64,000 bases of DNA from a virus (IMGVR_UViG_3300035210_000151), one strand, 5' to 3'. Counted from the first letter of the stretch, positions 29,512 through 39,773 are shown. Made by a program: numbers and translations. The notes: generated by a model from the sequence alone, not told the origin.

Positions 29512-30615
29512 ATGGAGTTGTTTCTAATCGGCATTCCGTGTGCTTTCATCCTTCCATTGATTTGTAAATTCATTTTTCCACATGAAGTGACTGTGAAAGA
29601 ATATCTACTTGTCTCTTTCGTTAACGTTGTGTGTGTCACTGTGTTTTATTTTCTTATCAACCTTCATGCAACATGGGATACGGAAATTTGGAGTGGTCAG
29701 GTCACCAGTAAACAGTCTGCGAAAGTTTCCTGTGAGCACTCTTATCAGTGTAACTGCCGTCAACAACGTTCTGGCACTGACAGCAAAGGTAATGCAACTT
29801 ATACCACTGTGTGTGATACCTGTTATGACCATAGCTATGATGTTGATTGGCAAGTGGACAGTAACGTAGGTCGTGAACTTATTAATCGTGTTGACCGTCA
29901 AGGTGTAAAACAGCCTCCACGTTTCAGCAAAGTTGAAGTAGGTGAACCTTTTGCGACCACTCGTAGCTTCACTAACTATATTAAAGCCGCACCTGACACC
30001 TTGTTTGTTGAAGCGGCATCCATGAAAGATAAATATATTGGCAAACTTCCAGAGTATCCAGATATTTATGACTACTATCGTATCAATCGGGTTATTACGT
30101 TGGGTAAGGTCGGTGTTCCAGCCAATGATTTGAATATTATGTTGAATGAACAAATGCGTAAATGGGGGCCATTAAAACAAGGTAACGTGATTGCTGTCTT
30201 TGTCGATGATACTTATCAAGAAGACTTCTATCATGCCTTGCAGTCTCACTGGTTGGGTGGTAAAAAGAATGATATTATCGTGATTACTCAGGTTGATAGC
30301 ACTGGTAAAATCGGTTGGAACCGTGTATTCTCTCGGGCAGATACGGCAACCTTTGATAAATCAGTCGAATTTGACTTAACCGCCATGAAACAGTTTGACA
30401 ATGCTAAATATGTAGAAATTTTGAATCAGAACATTGGTGAACGCTTTCATCGGATGGACTTTGAACAGTTTAAATACTTGTTGGAAGAGCTGAAGCCCTC
30501 GACAACCGCATTGATTGTTGGTATAGTCTTTGCTCTTATCATCAACTTGGGTTTGAACTTCTTGATTGTCAAAGAAGACTTGTTCGGTGATGGTTTCCGT
30601 AGACGTTTTAGCTAA
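29512..30615 (+). CDS. membrane protein with Cys/His-rich extracytoplasmic domain
   Basis: 2 N-terminal TM plus 1 C-terminal TM; CEHSYQCNC...CDTCYDH; WLGGKKND. Confidence 0.8.
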   Translation: MELFLIGIPCAFILPLICKFIFPHEVTVKEYLLVSFVNVVCVTVFYFLINLHATWDTEIWSGQVTSKQSAKVSCEHSYQCNCRQQRSGTDSKGNATYTTVCDTCYDHSYDVDWQVDSNVGRELINRVDRQGVKQPPRFSKVEVGEPFATTRSFTNYIKAAPDTLFVEAASMKDKYIGKLPEYPDIYDYYRINRVITLGKVGVPANDLNIMLNEQMRKWGPLKQGNVIAVFVDDTYQEDFYHALQSHWLGGKKNDIIVITQVDSTGKIGWNRVFSRADTATFDKSVEFDLTAMKQFDNAKYVEILNQNIGERFHRMDFEQFKYLLEELKPSTTALIVGIVFALIINLGLNFLIVKEDLFGDGFRRRFS

Positions 30616-30639
30616 AAAAAGCCCTTCGGGGCTTGTTTT
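30614..30639 (+). terminator. terminator-like hairpin
   Basis: AAGCCC-TTCG-GGGCTT then GTTTT. Confidence 0.65.
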
Positions 30640-30677
30640 AAAAGATGTAAAAATCTTCAAAAAATGTAAAAAAACAA

Positions 30678-30706
30678 TTGCTACACAACGATTTACTTGC
30701 TATACT
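30678..30706 (+). promoter_or_regulatory. sigma70 promoter, extended -10
   Basis: TTGCTA-17-TATACT with TGn. Confidence 0.7.
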
Positions 30707-30747
30707 TATCACCTAACTTAAATAACTCTTAAAGGAGAGTAGAAAGA

Positions 30748-31350
30748 ATGAATACAATGAATAAACAACGTGGTAGTGTCGTGGCTTGGGCTGTTGGTGG
30801 TCTGTTTCTACTAATCCTTGTTAGTTGCCTTATTTTTACTGGCTTGGCGATTTCAAAGCGAAATGCCTTTGTTAAAATTGAAAACAACATTCATATCGCT
30901 TATGAAGAATCGAAAAACGTTCACTCCAACTACGTGCTTCGTATTCAGGAAATGGCTCAGGTGCCTAAGATGGCAGCCAAGCAATTGAGTGAAGTTATTA
31001 AAGCAAGTAACGAAGGTCGTTATGGTAATGATGGTTCGAAAGCCGTGTTCCAGTTCTTGAAAGAGCAAAACCCGAGTATTCCAGATAGCCTTTACACGAA
31101 TATTCAAAAGGAAGTGACGGGTGGCCGACTCGACTTCCAGTCCAAGATTACTCGTGTCAATGATAACAAAGGTGTGGCTTACAACATGCTTGATGATACG
31201 ATTGGTGGTTTTATTCTGAAAGATATTTGGGGTCTGCCACGCAAGAACATCGGTTACGAAGGTGGCCCAGACGATTACAAAGTTATTATGTCCGAACAAT
31301 CTGTCGAAACCTTCCAAAAAGGTGTAGACAAGCCGGTCAACATGCTCTAA
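30748..31350 (+). CDS. single-TM helical protein, LemA-like
   Basis: N-terminal TM, N.FV..EN.I, helical body, FLKEQNP. Confidence 0.6.
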   Translation: MNTMNKQRGSVVAWAVGGLFLLILVSCLIFTGLAISKRNAFVKIENNIHIAYEESKNVHSNYVLRIQEMAQVPKMAAKQLSEVIKASNEGRYGNDGSKAVFQFLKEQNPSIPDSLYTNIQKEVTGGRLDFQSKITRVNDNKGVAYNMLDDTIGGFILKDIWGLPRKNIGYEGGPDDYKVIMSEQSVETFQKGVDKPVNML

Positions 31351-31363
31351 CGAGTATGATAAT

Positions 31364-31390
31364 AAAAGGGAGCCGAAAGGCTCCTTTTTT
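31364..31390 (+). terminator. Rho-independent terminator
   Basis: GGAGCC-GAAA-GGCTCC plus T tract. Confidence 0.85.
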
Positions 31391-31449
31391 GTTGCTTAAG
31401 ATAAGCTATTTATGGTATAATTGTGTCAGTTTTATAAATGGAGACAAGC

Positions 31450-31842
31450 ATGTCAGCACAAAAGTTTAGCAAAAACCCAGAGTATAAAATGGATGAAATC
31501 TATTTTGTGGCCGATGAAATGGGATTGCAACGTCAATCGCTTTCTTATGAAAGAACGAAGGGCTGTCGCTCACCGTATTGGCAGCACTTTGAGTCTGGTC
31601 GCCAATTTCGCTACAATGAGTCCACCAACACCCTTGATGTGTCGTCTACTGATATGGATCGTTGGGCTAATTCCACTGTATTGAGTGTTGAAGTTCCTGA
31701 ACGACTTGAACGCTTCCGTCAATTGCTGCTAGAATGCATTCTAATGACCCATAACACGCCGATTTGGGACGATGAAGACGAAGTTAAGCGTAAACAGCCA
31801 CACACCCGTAAATGCCGTAATATTCGCCGTAAAACAGTCTAG
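31450..31842 (+). CDS. hypothetical protein
   Basis: GGAG RBS before MSAQKF; promoter TTGCTT-18-TATAAT at 31392-31421. Confidence 0.75.
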   Translation: MSAQKFSKNPEYKMDEIYFVADEMGLQRQSLSYERTKGCRSPYWQHFESGRQFRYNESTNTLDVSSTDMDRWANSTVLSVEVPERLERFRQLLLECILMTHNTPIWDDEDEVKRKQPHTRKCRNIRRKTV

Positions 31843-31851
31843 GAGAAACCT

Positions 31852-32100
31852 ATGAACCATAATCTAAACATTGCTCTTGTCATCTTCTTCTCATTAGTGC
31901 TGGTTGGCATGGTGGGTTGGCCGTTCATTAAGCGTTGGTATCACAGTCGCTTGAAGAACCCTTTTGAGGTCACATTGAACGGTCGGACTTATCTCATTGA
32001 TCAAAAGTCAGGTGAATGGATTGTTGAACAGATGGCTCGACAAGATAAAGTTTTTGATGAATTAGAAGCAAAAAAAAACGAAATTAAAACGTCGGAGTAA
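31852..32100 (+). CDS. small single-TM protein
   Basis: AGGAG RBS; N-terminal hydrophobic helix. Confidence 0.7.
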   Translation: MNHNLNIALVIFFSLVLVGMVGWPFIKRWYHSRLKNPFEVTLNGRTYLIDQKSGEWIVEQMARQDKVFDELEAKKNEIKTSE

Positions 32101-32154
32101 TTGCTTTTTTATTTTATTTGTGTTAGATTCTCCATGACTTAAGAGGATCTAACC

Positions 32155-32829
32155 ATGTCGAGTAACACATTAAAAGATACAACCTTTGTTGAATCAGTTT
32201 TCACCACCTTCTTTTTTTCTTTTTTCGCCTATCTATTGGCTAGTCTTGGTCTTTACCTTGGGGCTGCTATATATATGGATAAAAGCACTACACTCAGCAC
32301 TAATTTCTTGTGGAATGTTGGATTAGTTAACGTCTTTGTAGCTTTTGTTATTCTTATATTTATGCCTGTTAAATTGAAATGGAGAGTCGTTGGACTTTTG
32401 GCATTCTTTGCCGTTATCACTTATTTTGATCTTTATAAGCAATCCACCATCCGCTATTATCTTGGTTATGGGTCATACATGAATCCAGAACTCTATCCTG
32501 AAAATTCTAATCAACGTAAGCTTATTAACGATGTAATAGCTAATAAGGATCTTGATTTGTTTGGTGACTATAATACAACCTATTTTCAAAAGGCAGATAT
32601 TGATAAGCTTGGCAATATGACCAACTTCTTTATGACCTATGGACAACGTAACGATCAAATGAAAGCCTTTGAAGCTAAATTTAAAGAATTATTGAACGCT
32701 CCATTCTTAACAGCTTGGGATTATTCAAAATTTGAAGATGAAGTGGTTGACTACCTTATCAGTAATCCTGCATCTTTACAGCGTTCTGAAACTGTTTCAA
32801 TGGTACACACTATAAAGTTTGGAGTTTAA
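32155..32829 (+). CDS. 3-TM membrane protein, family E
   Basis: three TM segments then soluble module ELLNAPFLTAWDY..F. Confidence 0.8.
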   Translation: MSSNTLKDTTFVESVFTTFFFSFFAYLLASLGLYLGAAIYMDKSTTLSTNFLWNVGLVNVFVAFVILIFMPVKLKWRVVGLLAFFAVITYFDLYKQSTIRYYLGYGSYMNPELYPENSNQRKLINDVIANKDLDLFGDYNTTYFQKADIDKLGNMTNFFMTYGQRNDQMKAFEAKFKELLNAPFLTAWDYSKFEDEVVDYLISNPASLQRSETVSMVHTIKFGV

Positions 32830-32832
32830 TCT

Positions 32833-33699
32833 ATGAATAATTTAAAATTTGGCATTTTGCTTTTAGTTTCAATTCTGTTTTGCGTCTTAGGTGGATATGC
32901 GATTGTCACCACTTATTATCAGACTGCTATAAGTGATTATGGTTATACATTTGGAGAAGGCGTTAATTATGTATTGTTAACAATGTTCTCATTGTTTGGA
33001 CTTTTCACTTTCTCATATGCTTCTACATTTCTAAATAAACCTAAAAAATCGCTTGTATGGCTCATGGCTCTTGCTGTTGTCTTTGTTCCGATTATTTATT
33101 TTGGTGTATCATCATTGAGTAAAGAGGACAGAGTGTATCAACAAGCACTCAAAAATTATGGTTCTAACTTCAATTTTATTGGAGCGGCAACATTTACAAA
33201 AATCACTCAGCATCCCGATTATATTCAATATAAATATCAACTTGATAATTTTGAGAAAGATAAAGAAAGCAGAGCAGCTTATGTTGCGTTACTTAATGAA
33301 AGAGTCGCAAAATATAAGAAATATTTGGAATCACAGAACAAATCTTTATTTGCAAATAGTTATTACATATTTGGTTCAGACTATAATACATTCTTGCTTC
33401 GTTATAAGGGCATAGAAAATGAAACCGTTCAGAAAGAATTGTATGAGATTACAAAACATGGTGTAGTTTCCTATAATGATATGATGGATTTTCAAACAAA
33501 GTTTGTTAACAATTATAAAACAGTGGCAGTTAAAATTGAAGATATTCAGCCTACTACTGGCACTGGCACTGGCACTGGCACTGGCACTGGCACTGGCACT
33601 GGCACTGGCACTGGCACTGGCACTGGCACTGGCACTGGCACTGATGTTTTAACACCAACAATACCCATTGACAATAAAAACATTAAAGAAGGCGAATAA
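32833..33699 (+). CDS. 3-TM membrane protein, family E, with (Thr-Gly)14 tract
   Basis: three TM; E..+YQ.+LK shared with 33705; TG repeat near C-terminus. Confidence 0.8.
   Translation: MNNLKFGILLLVSILFCVLGGYAIVTTYYQTAISDYGYTFGEGVNYVLLTMFSLFGLFTFSYASTFLNKPKKSLVWLMALAVVFVPIIYFGVSSLSKEDRVYQQALKNYGSNFNFIGAATFTKITQHPDYIQYKYQLDNFEKDKESRAAYVALLNERVAKYKKYLESQNKSLFANSYYIFGSDYNTFLLRYKGIENETVQKELYEITKHGVVSYNDMMDFQTKFVNNYKTVAVKIEDIQPTTGTGTGTGTGTGTGTGTGTGTGTGTGTGTDVLTPTIPIDNKNIKEGE
33556..33642 (+). repeat. perfect hexanucleotide microsatellite (ACTGGC)14.5, in frame
   Basis: 14 exact ACTGGC copies plus ACT. Confidence 0.97.
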
Positions 33700-33704
33700 A
33701 TATT

Positions 33705-34721
33705 ATGATAACTACTAACAGTGATAGTTTAAAACAAACAGAAGAACCATTAACCATTAAAGATTATTTATTTATGTCATTCATGGCTGGTATGTTTATT
33801 TTATGTTTTTCTGTTCTTCTTGATAGTGTGATAACTTATCTTTTAGTTAATGCATTTGGCTATACTAATTTCGATTTAAAATTATCTGAATATACACAAA
33901 TTTCAGGATGGTTACTTGTTATGTTTATAATTGTCTCTTTACCATTTGCAATCTTGTTTAACGTCAAAACTATATACAGCATTATAATGTTTATAATTTT
34001 AGCGATATCCACTACTGTATTTTTTGTTAAATCAAGTGGCATGACGATTGAAAAATATGCCTATCAAGAATCTCTTAAACAATTTGAGAGTCAATATTTG
34101 CTGTCAGGTAACAAAGGAACAATGGCTTCTCAGCACTCAGATATGATTGATTTCTATGCTTATAAAGACAATAATCTTTTGAGTGAATCAATAAGACGTA
34201 ATTATTTCAATATATTATCGGTCACATCCACTAAGTTAAATGATATTTCTAAATATACGACTGTTTACAATTTAGGTTTTTTTGCTGACTATTTCCTAAG
34301 TAAACAGGACACTGATAAGTTTTTTATGGCTTATTCTGATGTTAAAGATCCAGAATTACGGAATGAACTTGAATCTATGATGAAAAATCCACTTATTAAA
34401 ACTTTAGACTATGCTGCATTTCATGCTAATTATAGAAAAAAGTTTGTTGAAAACAATGCTTCGCTCGTAGATCTTAAATTACCTGTATATGTAACAACAG
34501 AGACTAAACGTGTGAAAATGACTGACCTACAAAATATATCCAGTATTATTCATTTTTTTGATAACAATAAAGAACTTGCATTAACGTCAATAAAAACAGA
34601 ATTTGTGAACTTGCTTTCTCAACCTTCTATTTCTGTTGCTGATGTCGATCAATTTAGACATAATTTGACGACTGTGCTTAAATCAGATACAAAACTTTAT
34701 TCACTAATGTCTCAATTATGA
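33705..34721 (+). CDS. 3-TM membrane protein, family E, two copies of the soluble module
   Basis: ELESMMKNPLIKTLDY..F and EFVNLLSQPSISVADV..F. Confidence 0.8.
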   Translation: MITTNSDSLKQTEEPLTIKDYLFMSFMAGMFILCFSVLLDSVITYLLVNAFGYTNFDLKLSEYTQISGWLLVMFIIVSLPFAILFNVKTIYSIIMFIILAISTTVFFVKSSGMTIEKYAYQESLKQFESQYLLSGNKGTMASQHSDMIDFYAYKDNNLLSESIRRNYFNILSVTSTKLNDISKYTTVYNLGFFADYFLSKQDTDKFFMAYSDVKDPELRNELESMMKNPLIKTLDYAAFHANYRKKFVENNASLVDLKLPVYVTTETKRVKMTDLQNISSIIHFFDNNKELALTSIKTEFVNLLSQPSISVADVDQFRHNLTTVLKSDTKLYSLMSQL

Positions 34722-34743
34722 CTCAATAAATTTAGAAACGACT

Positions 34744-34771
34744 AAAAACGCCTTTAACTAGGCGTTTTTTT
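34744..34771 (+). terminator. Rho-independent terminator
   Basis: AAAAACGCCT-TTAACT-AGGCGTTTTTTT. Confidence 0.8.
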
Positions 34772-34838
34772 ATAAATTGATTGTAATTTTTTGCTATTGT
34801 GGTATAATAACTCAAATCAAAAAAATGAGATTATCACT

Positions 34839-35687
34839 ATGAATAACACCTATAAAGTCTGCATTAAACTAAACTACTCACAAGAGTCTGTGACTAAACA
34901 AGCTGAGATCACTAAGCTGATTGCTTTTATTCATTCCGTTATGACCAAAGCTGGGTGGCGGGAAGCCGCTGATGATGAATCTACCATTGATTATGTATTT
35001 TCGATTGGTGGTGACGGCACTATGCTACACACCATGCAAGATCACGTTGTCACCAAATCTATCGTTGTCGGCATTAACGCTGGTAACGTAGGCTTCTTGA
35101 CCCCATACAACATCGAAAATGTGTATGACATGTCTGTTTTCAAATTCCTTGAAAATGGCTTCCAGTCTCGTGTAGAACACCGCAGCATTCTCAAACATAG
35201 CTTTAACAACCGTCCAGAAGTTGGGATGGCTGTCAACGAATACACCTTTACTGCAGACCAAGTGAACCATGTTCTCGACTTCTCGATTGAAGTTGATTAC
35301 AAAGGACATATCAGTAAAGCTGGTCACTACAAAGCTAACGCCTTGTTGATTTCTGGCCCTTGTGGTTCGACTGCTTATAACATGAACTCTGGCGGGGCCA
35401 TTGTTGACCCGACTGTTCGCTGTATGCAAATTATGATGGTGGCTCCCACTATCTTGGGTATCCGTCCTTTGATTATTGGTCGTAACTCAATTATCCGTTT
35501 GAAGTTTCACAATAATGCCAAAGTCTTTATTGATGGTCAGCCTCATACCGATATCCCCGTGACCGAAGATGAAACGTTCAGTATTGAGCTTCTTCCAGAA
35601 GAATCCCGTGTGCTGTTGCCTGATGACTTCAACTTTTACAGTATGCTTAGCACCAAGCTTCACTGGAATAATGGTAGTGGCGTATGA
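34839..35687 (+). CDS. nadK: NAD(+) kinase
   Basis: SIGGDGTML, GINAGNVGFL, AVNE, GSTAYNMNSGG, FIDGQ, KLHW. Confidence 0.92.
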   Translation: MNNTYKVCIKLNYSQESVTKQAEITKLIAFIHSVMTKAGWREAADDESTIDYVFSIGGDGTMLHTMQDHVVTKSIVVGINAGNVGFLTPYNIENVYDMSVFKFLENGFQSRVEHRSILKHSFNNRPEVGMAVNEYTFTADQVNHVLDFSIEVDYKGHISKAGHYKANALLISGPCGSTAYNMNSGGAIVDPTVRCMQIMMVAPTILGIRPLIIGRNSIIRLKFHNNAKVFIDGQPHTDIPVTEDETFSIELLPEESRVLLPDDFNFYSMLSTKLHWNNGSGV

Positions 35688-35923
35688 GTGACTACGACGA
35701 AGCAAAAGCGGCAGGATTGACCGATATTGATCGCTGGACGGATGGTGTTGAGCATCATCCAATGTCTGAAAAGTTGATGGCTTTTTTAGAAGCACATGAT
35801 TTGAAAGACTATGGTGACTATTTTGGTTGGAAAACGGGTGGTGATGGTGACAATGGCGAAACCTTGATGTATCAAATGGACGCTTTCTTTGAACTGCAGG
35901 ATAAACAAAAACATCAACCATAG
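35684..35923 (+). CDS. small hypothetical protein
   Basis: ATGA overlap with nadK; WKTGGDGDNGETLMY. Confidence 0.75.
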   Translation: MSDYDEAKAAGLTDIDRWTDGVEHHPMSEKLMAFLEAHDLKDYGDYFGWKTGGDGDNGETLMYQMDAFFELQDKQKHQP

Positions 35924-35932
35924 GATCTTAAT

Positions 35933-36421
35933 ATGACCATGCTTAATATAGAGAAAATCATTTCATCTGCCATGAACGTCATTAATCATTTTCCTTGTGA
36001 TAAGCGTTATCTGTCTGGTATGATTAAAGATCTGAGAACTGTTAATAGCAACACTGCTTTTGAATTAAAAGAGCATGAATCTACTGAACGGGATGAAGTT
36101 CCTTTTTCATTCGAATTGGTGATTAAAGGTCTTGAAACGGGTTTAGATATTGAAAAATATTTTCCACTTCGGGATGATGTGACAGATGACTATAAGAACA
36201 TCCACTTCTGCTCAGTATTCTTTAACAGTCAAAGTGATATTGAAAAAATCGTTTTTACTCTCATATCAAACAGTCGGTCAGTGAGTTTTGAAGTTGAATT
36301 TGGCAGTGACTTTGCATTCAAATGGTATGAGATGAACTACTACAATCCTGACAAACTTTTTGGAACGTGTAATGATTCTATTGTGGGTTTGCGAGAAGAT
36401 ATGTCGTATTTGTCTTGTTAA
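35933..36421 (+). CDS. hypothetical protein
   Basis: 162-aa ORF, AGGA RBS. Confidence 0.7.
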   Translation: MTMLNIEKIISSAMNVINHFPCDKRYLSGMIKDLRTVNSNTAFELKEHESTERDEVPFSFELVIKGLETGLDIEKYFPLRDDVTDDYKNIHFCSVFFNSQSDIEKIVFTLISNSRSVSFEVEFGSDFAFKWYEMNYYNPDKLFGTCNDSIVGLREDMSYLSC

Positions 36422-36434
36422 ATAGCTAGGAAAC

Positions 36435-36463
36435 AAAAAAGGTGACTATTAAAGTCACCTTTT
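36435..36463. terminator. bidirectional terminator
   Basis: AAAAAAGGTGACT-ATTAA-AGTCACCTTTT. Confidence 0.8.
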
Positions 36464-36477
36464 CTTTTGCCTAAATT

Positions 36478-36921
36478 TTAAGATATTTTAAGACCGTAAA
36501 ATTTATAGCTAGTAAATCCTGCAGGAATGTTGTTTTTATCCAGTGTGAAAGCCGCCGCATTAAAGCAATCTCTAAACATTTTAAATTCAGTAGCTTCTGG
36601 ATCGTAGGTGGCTTTGAAAGCTTTCACTAATCCAGACTTACTGGCTTTGATAACCCGTGGGATACCATAGCCACTGTTGTTTGGATGATAGTCAAAGGCC
36701 GCATAGAGATAACCTTGCTTGATTATCTTTTTCAAATCTTTGTCATCCACATGGATATTAACACATTGACCGTCTTTGAAAGAAGCCTCTACTGATAGGC
36801 TTGTCATTCTTTTTGAAATTAGATCTTCCAATTTCTTAATGCAATCAGCTTCTGTGAAGTCAATATCAGCAATGCAGGTTATACCATGATGTTGTTGCAT
36901 TGTTAAGGTCAGTTGTCCCAT
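36478..36921 (-). CDS. hypothetical protein
   Basis: AGGAG RBS; 147 aa. Confidence 0.75.
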   Translation of the reverse strand: MGQLTLTMQQHHGITCIADIDFTEADCIKKLEDLISKRMTSLSVEASFKDGQCVNIHVDDKDLKKIIKQGYLYAAFDYHPNNSGYGIPRVIKASKSGLVKAFKATYDPEATEFKMFRDCFNAAAFTLDKNNIPAGFTSYKFYGLKIS

Positions 36922-36937
36922 GTTATTTGTCTCCTAA

Positions 36938-37660
36938 TTAAATAACCAACATTTCAATCACTTTTAAAGCGTCTTTTGTTCTTCTTGGTATATTGTATTC
37001 TGATTTAAGATACAAGTCATAGAAGCAGTGTTCAAAGGCTTCAAAATAGGTTTTCGTCAATGATACCATCTTACTTGATTCACTAACATGTCCGTTTAAC
37101 GTTTTCTTTATCTTTTTATGATAATCCAAAGTAATCTTATTATCATTATTATCGTTTAAGTTAATGGTTAATTTCACAGTTCTTTCGTTAAAATGAAAAA
37201 TAACAGTATACTCAATTCTATCTTTATTAGAGTTCAGAAAAATACCATGCCTTCTTGATAGAAGAGCGTTTACCATTTCTACAGCGGTTTGATATTGTAT
37301 ATTAGGATCAATAATGAATAGATTTTTCAAAGCATATTTTTCAACAACATTAATAAATGATTTTTTCATGTCATTCAGTTCTTTATGTTGCAATAAATGC
37401 ATTGAAATATTAGTTGTCATATTATAAAGATTTATCGTGTGTTTGTCTGCGTTATAGACAACTTTAAGTATATCTCCATAGTGTGTCATGATCTTAAACT
37501 CAATCGACACAGTAGTAATTCCACGAATTTTTTTGTCAATCTCATAATTTTCAAAGAATAACCACGGATCGAATATTTTTCTTAGCTGGTCATATATTAG
37601 TGTGATTTGTTCAGTATCTTCCATATAGACAAATCTGACTGGGAGTGGTTGTATTGTCAT
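36938..37660 (-). CDS. hypothetical protein, MxxI tail
   Basis: ends KDALKVIEMLVI*. Confidence 0.8.
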   Translation of the reverse strand: MTIQPLPVRFVYMEDTEQITLIYDQLRKIFDPWLFFENYEIDKKIRGITTVSIEFKIMTHYGDILKVVYNADKHTINLYNMTTNISMHLLQHKELNDMKKSFINVVEKYALKNLFIIDPNIQYQTAVEMVNALLSRRHGIFLNSNKDRIEYTVIFHFNERTVKLTINLNDNNDNKITLDYHKKIKKTLNGHVSESSKMVSLTKTYFEAFEHCFYDLYLKSEYNIPRRTKDALKVIEMLVI

Positions 37661-37670
37661 TGTTTGCTCC

Positions 37671-38300
37671 TTAATACTTCAACATTTCAATTGTTTTCAA
37701 ACTGTCAGTATCAAATTCTTTAATAGACACCATTGATTCTTGGGTATATCGTTTAACATCTTCAACTGAAATATTTGTGCCCTTCACACCTTTATTATCA
37801 AATTTAATTCCATTATTGATGTAGGTATACAATTCATCTCGAAATTTAATTCTTCTTTCTTTTTCTGATTTAAACAAATTCAATAGATTAAAATCTTCAA
37901 GATATATAGTTAAATCTGGCTTAGAGTCATAATCTTTGATAAACTTGTTATCTTTTAACAAATCGCTTAGAAATTTTGAATCCATTGCAAATAAAGTGAT
38001 TAGAGCAACGGCCATAATAATGCTTGATGTCACACCAAAATCATATTTAGCTTGACCAATTCCAGAGCAGACACACATAACTGTCAGCATAATTTTATTT
38101 CCGATGCCTCTTACTATGATAGCCTTTGAAAGTAGTACCATAATATACGGGTACAAATTTCCTAGTATTATAGCAACACCAATCAATGCCATGTATTTGT
38201 TTTCAGCATAGTGGTAATACCCATACGTCGCAAAGACACCTAATAGTATCATGAACAGGTAGGGCTGAAAAATAAATGCCATTTTCATTTTAAAATTCAT
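37671..38300 (-). CDS. 4-TM membrane protein, MxxY tail (family A-like architecture)
   Basis: four TM segments; ends DTDSLKTIEMLKY*. Confidence 0.8.
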   Translation of the reverse strand: MNFKMKMAFIFQPYLFMILLGVFATYGYYHYAENKYMALIGVAIILGNLYPYIMVLLSKAIIVRGIGNKIMLTVMCVCSGIGQAKYDFGVTSSIIMAVALITLFAMDSKFLSDLLKDNKFIKDYDSKPDLTIYLEDFNLLNLFKSEKERRIKFRDELYTYINNGIKFDNKGVKGTNISVEDVKRYTQESMVSIKEFDTDSLKTIEMLKY

Positions 38301-38420
38301 TCGGCTATCCTCTTTTAGACTCTCATTATAATACCATTATTCAAATATTTAATCAACAAAAAGCTTGATTAACTGTCAATTTTTTGTTATTATTTACCAA
38401 ATTATTTAGAGATTGCCATC

Positions 38421-39113
38421 ATGAGCAAAATTAAAACATCCAAGAAAAAATATCCCAAGACCTACCATGTGCCTTGGAGCTTGGCTATTCAATCAGATGA
38501 CAAAATGTTTAAATCCATGAGCCACTTTCATGGAAAATTCATTGTGGTCACTGAAAAGCTTGATGGAGAGAACACTACCTTGTCTTCGACTTACTACCAT
38601 GCTCGTAGCCTTGACAGTCAATTCAACTGGACACGCTCTTGGGTAGCGACTATGCACGCTGTGCTCAAATACGATATTCCAGAAGGTATGAAGCTGGTGG
38701 GTGAGAACTTGTTCGCTAAGCACGCTATTGAATATCCAGATTACTCACTGGAAGGGTATTTTTACCTGTTTTCAATGTGGGAAGATATCGTAGGCAGTGA
38801 AGAAGACTACTGCTTGGATTATGAAGATATTGTGAGCTATGCTAACTTGTTCGACTTGCCAATGCCAAAAGTGCTTTATCGTGGTATCTATGATGAAGTG
38901 ATTTTGAAGAAGATTGCTAACGAATTGGATACGACACGTTCCGAAGGCTACGTTATTCGGACAGAAGAAGGCTTCATGCGGAGTGAGTTTACTAAATGTG
39001 TGGCTAAATTTGTTCGTGCCAATCATGTTCAAGACACTTCCGAACATTGGTTGAAAAAGGCTGTTCAAAATGGCAAACTACAACCTAATGTTCGTCCAAG
39101 CTATATGGGGTAA
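38421..39113 (+). CDS. ATP-dependent RNA ligase family protein
   Basis: KYPKTYHVPWS; motif I TEKLDGEN; GENL; FYLF; EGYVIR; AKFVR. Confidence 0.88.
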   Translation: MSKIKTSKKKYPKTYHVPWSLAIQSDDKMFKSMSHFHGKFIVVTEKLDGENTTLSSTYYHARSLDSQFNWTRSWVATMHAVLKYDIPEGMKLVGENLFAKHAIEYPDYSLEGYFYLFSMWEDIVGSEEDYCLDYEDIVSYANLFDLPMPKVLYRGIYDEVILKKIANELDTTRSEGYVIRTEEGFMRSEFTKCVAKFVRANHVQDTSEHWLKKAVQNGKLQPNVRPSYMG

Positions 39114-39118
39114 TTAGA

Positions 39119-39541
39119 ATGACTTCTATTGAAACCTATCTGAGTAATATCAAAGCTTCTTTTGATGATTTTCGTTTTGTTAATGGTGATTGTCATAATT
39201 TGGCAGTTGCCATTCATAAACAGTTTAAAGGTCAGCTTTGTGCTATTATCAGAGAAGAGTTTGACGACTGTGATGAACTTTACTCTACGACTTACTCTCA
39301 CATGCTGTTTATTGATGAAAATGGCATTGAATGGGATATCGATGGTAGTGGTGCGGATGAACGATGGATTGAGCAGTGGCCGGAGGATGGTGATGAAGAC
39401 GGACATACTTCTGAGTTTAATTATGTGTCTTTGACACTTGAAGAACTTCCAGCCTTTTTAGCGGAACATGACTGTGAACTCGATGAAACGCTCATAAATG
39501 AATTGTTAAATGTCTCCGAACCTGTTATAATGAACCTGTAA
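39119..39541 (+). CDS. acidic hypothetical protein
   Basis: FVNGDCHNLAVAIH...H......WDIDG. Confidence 0.75.
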   Translation: MTSIETYLSNIKASFDDFRFVNGDCHNLAVAIHKQFKGQLCAIIREEFDDCDELYSTTYSHMLFIDENGIEWDIDGSGADERWIEQWPEDGDEDGHTSEFNYVSLTLEELPAFLAEHDCELDETLINELLNVSEPVIMNL

Positions 39542-39563
39542 TCACATTTTAGGAGTATCTGTC

Positions 39564-39773
39564 ATGAGTGAACAAAATTTGGTTGGCGTTCCTTTAAAAG
39601 ATCTTGAATCATTTTTAGCAATAAGAGCACTTATTGGTGGCATTTACGACACAATGAATCGTGAAAATCAGCCCAATCTTAATCATAACCATGTGGGCAA
39701 CTTGCTGGATGCTTCCTTGGCTGAATTTGTTAACGGGCCTAAAACTAACTCTTTTTTTGGTAAACCATTATGA
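39564..39773 (+). CDS. small hypothetical protein
   Basis: AGGAG RBS. Confidence 0.65.
   Translation: MSEQNLVGVPLKDLESFLAIRALIGGIYDTMNRENQPNLNHNHVGNLLDASLAEFVNGPKTNSFFGKPL

Noticed and set aside
33556-33642. Phase-variation frameshift switch
   Set aside because: The unit is 6 bp, so copy-number change keeps the frame.
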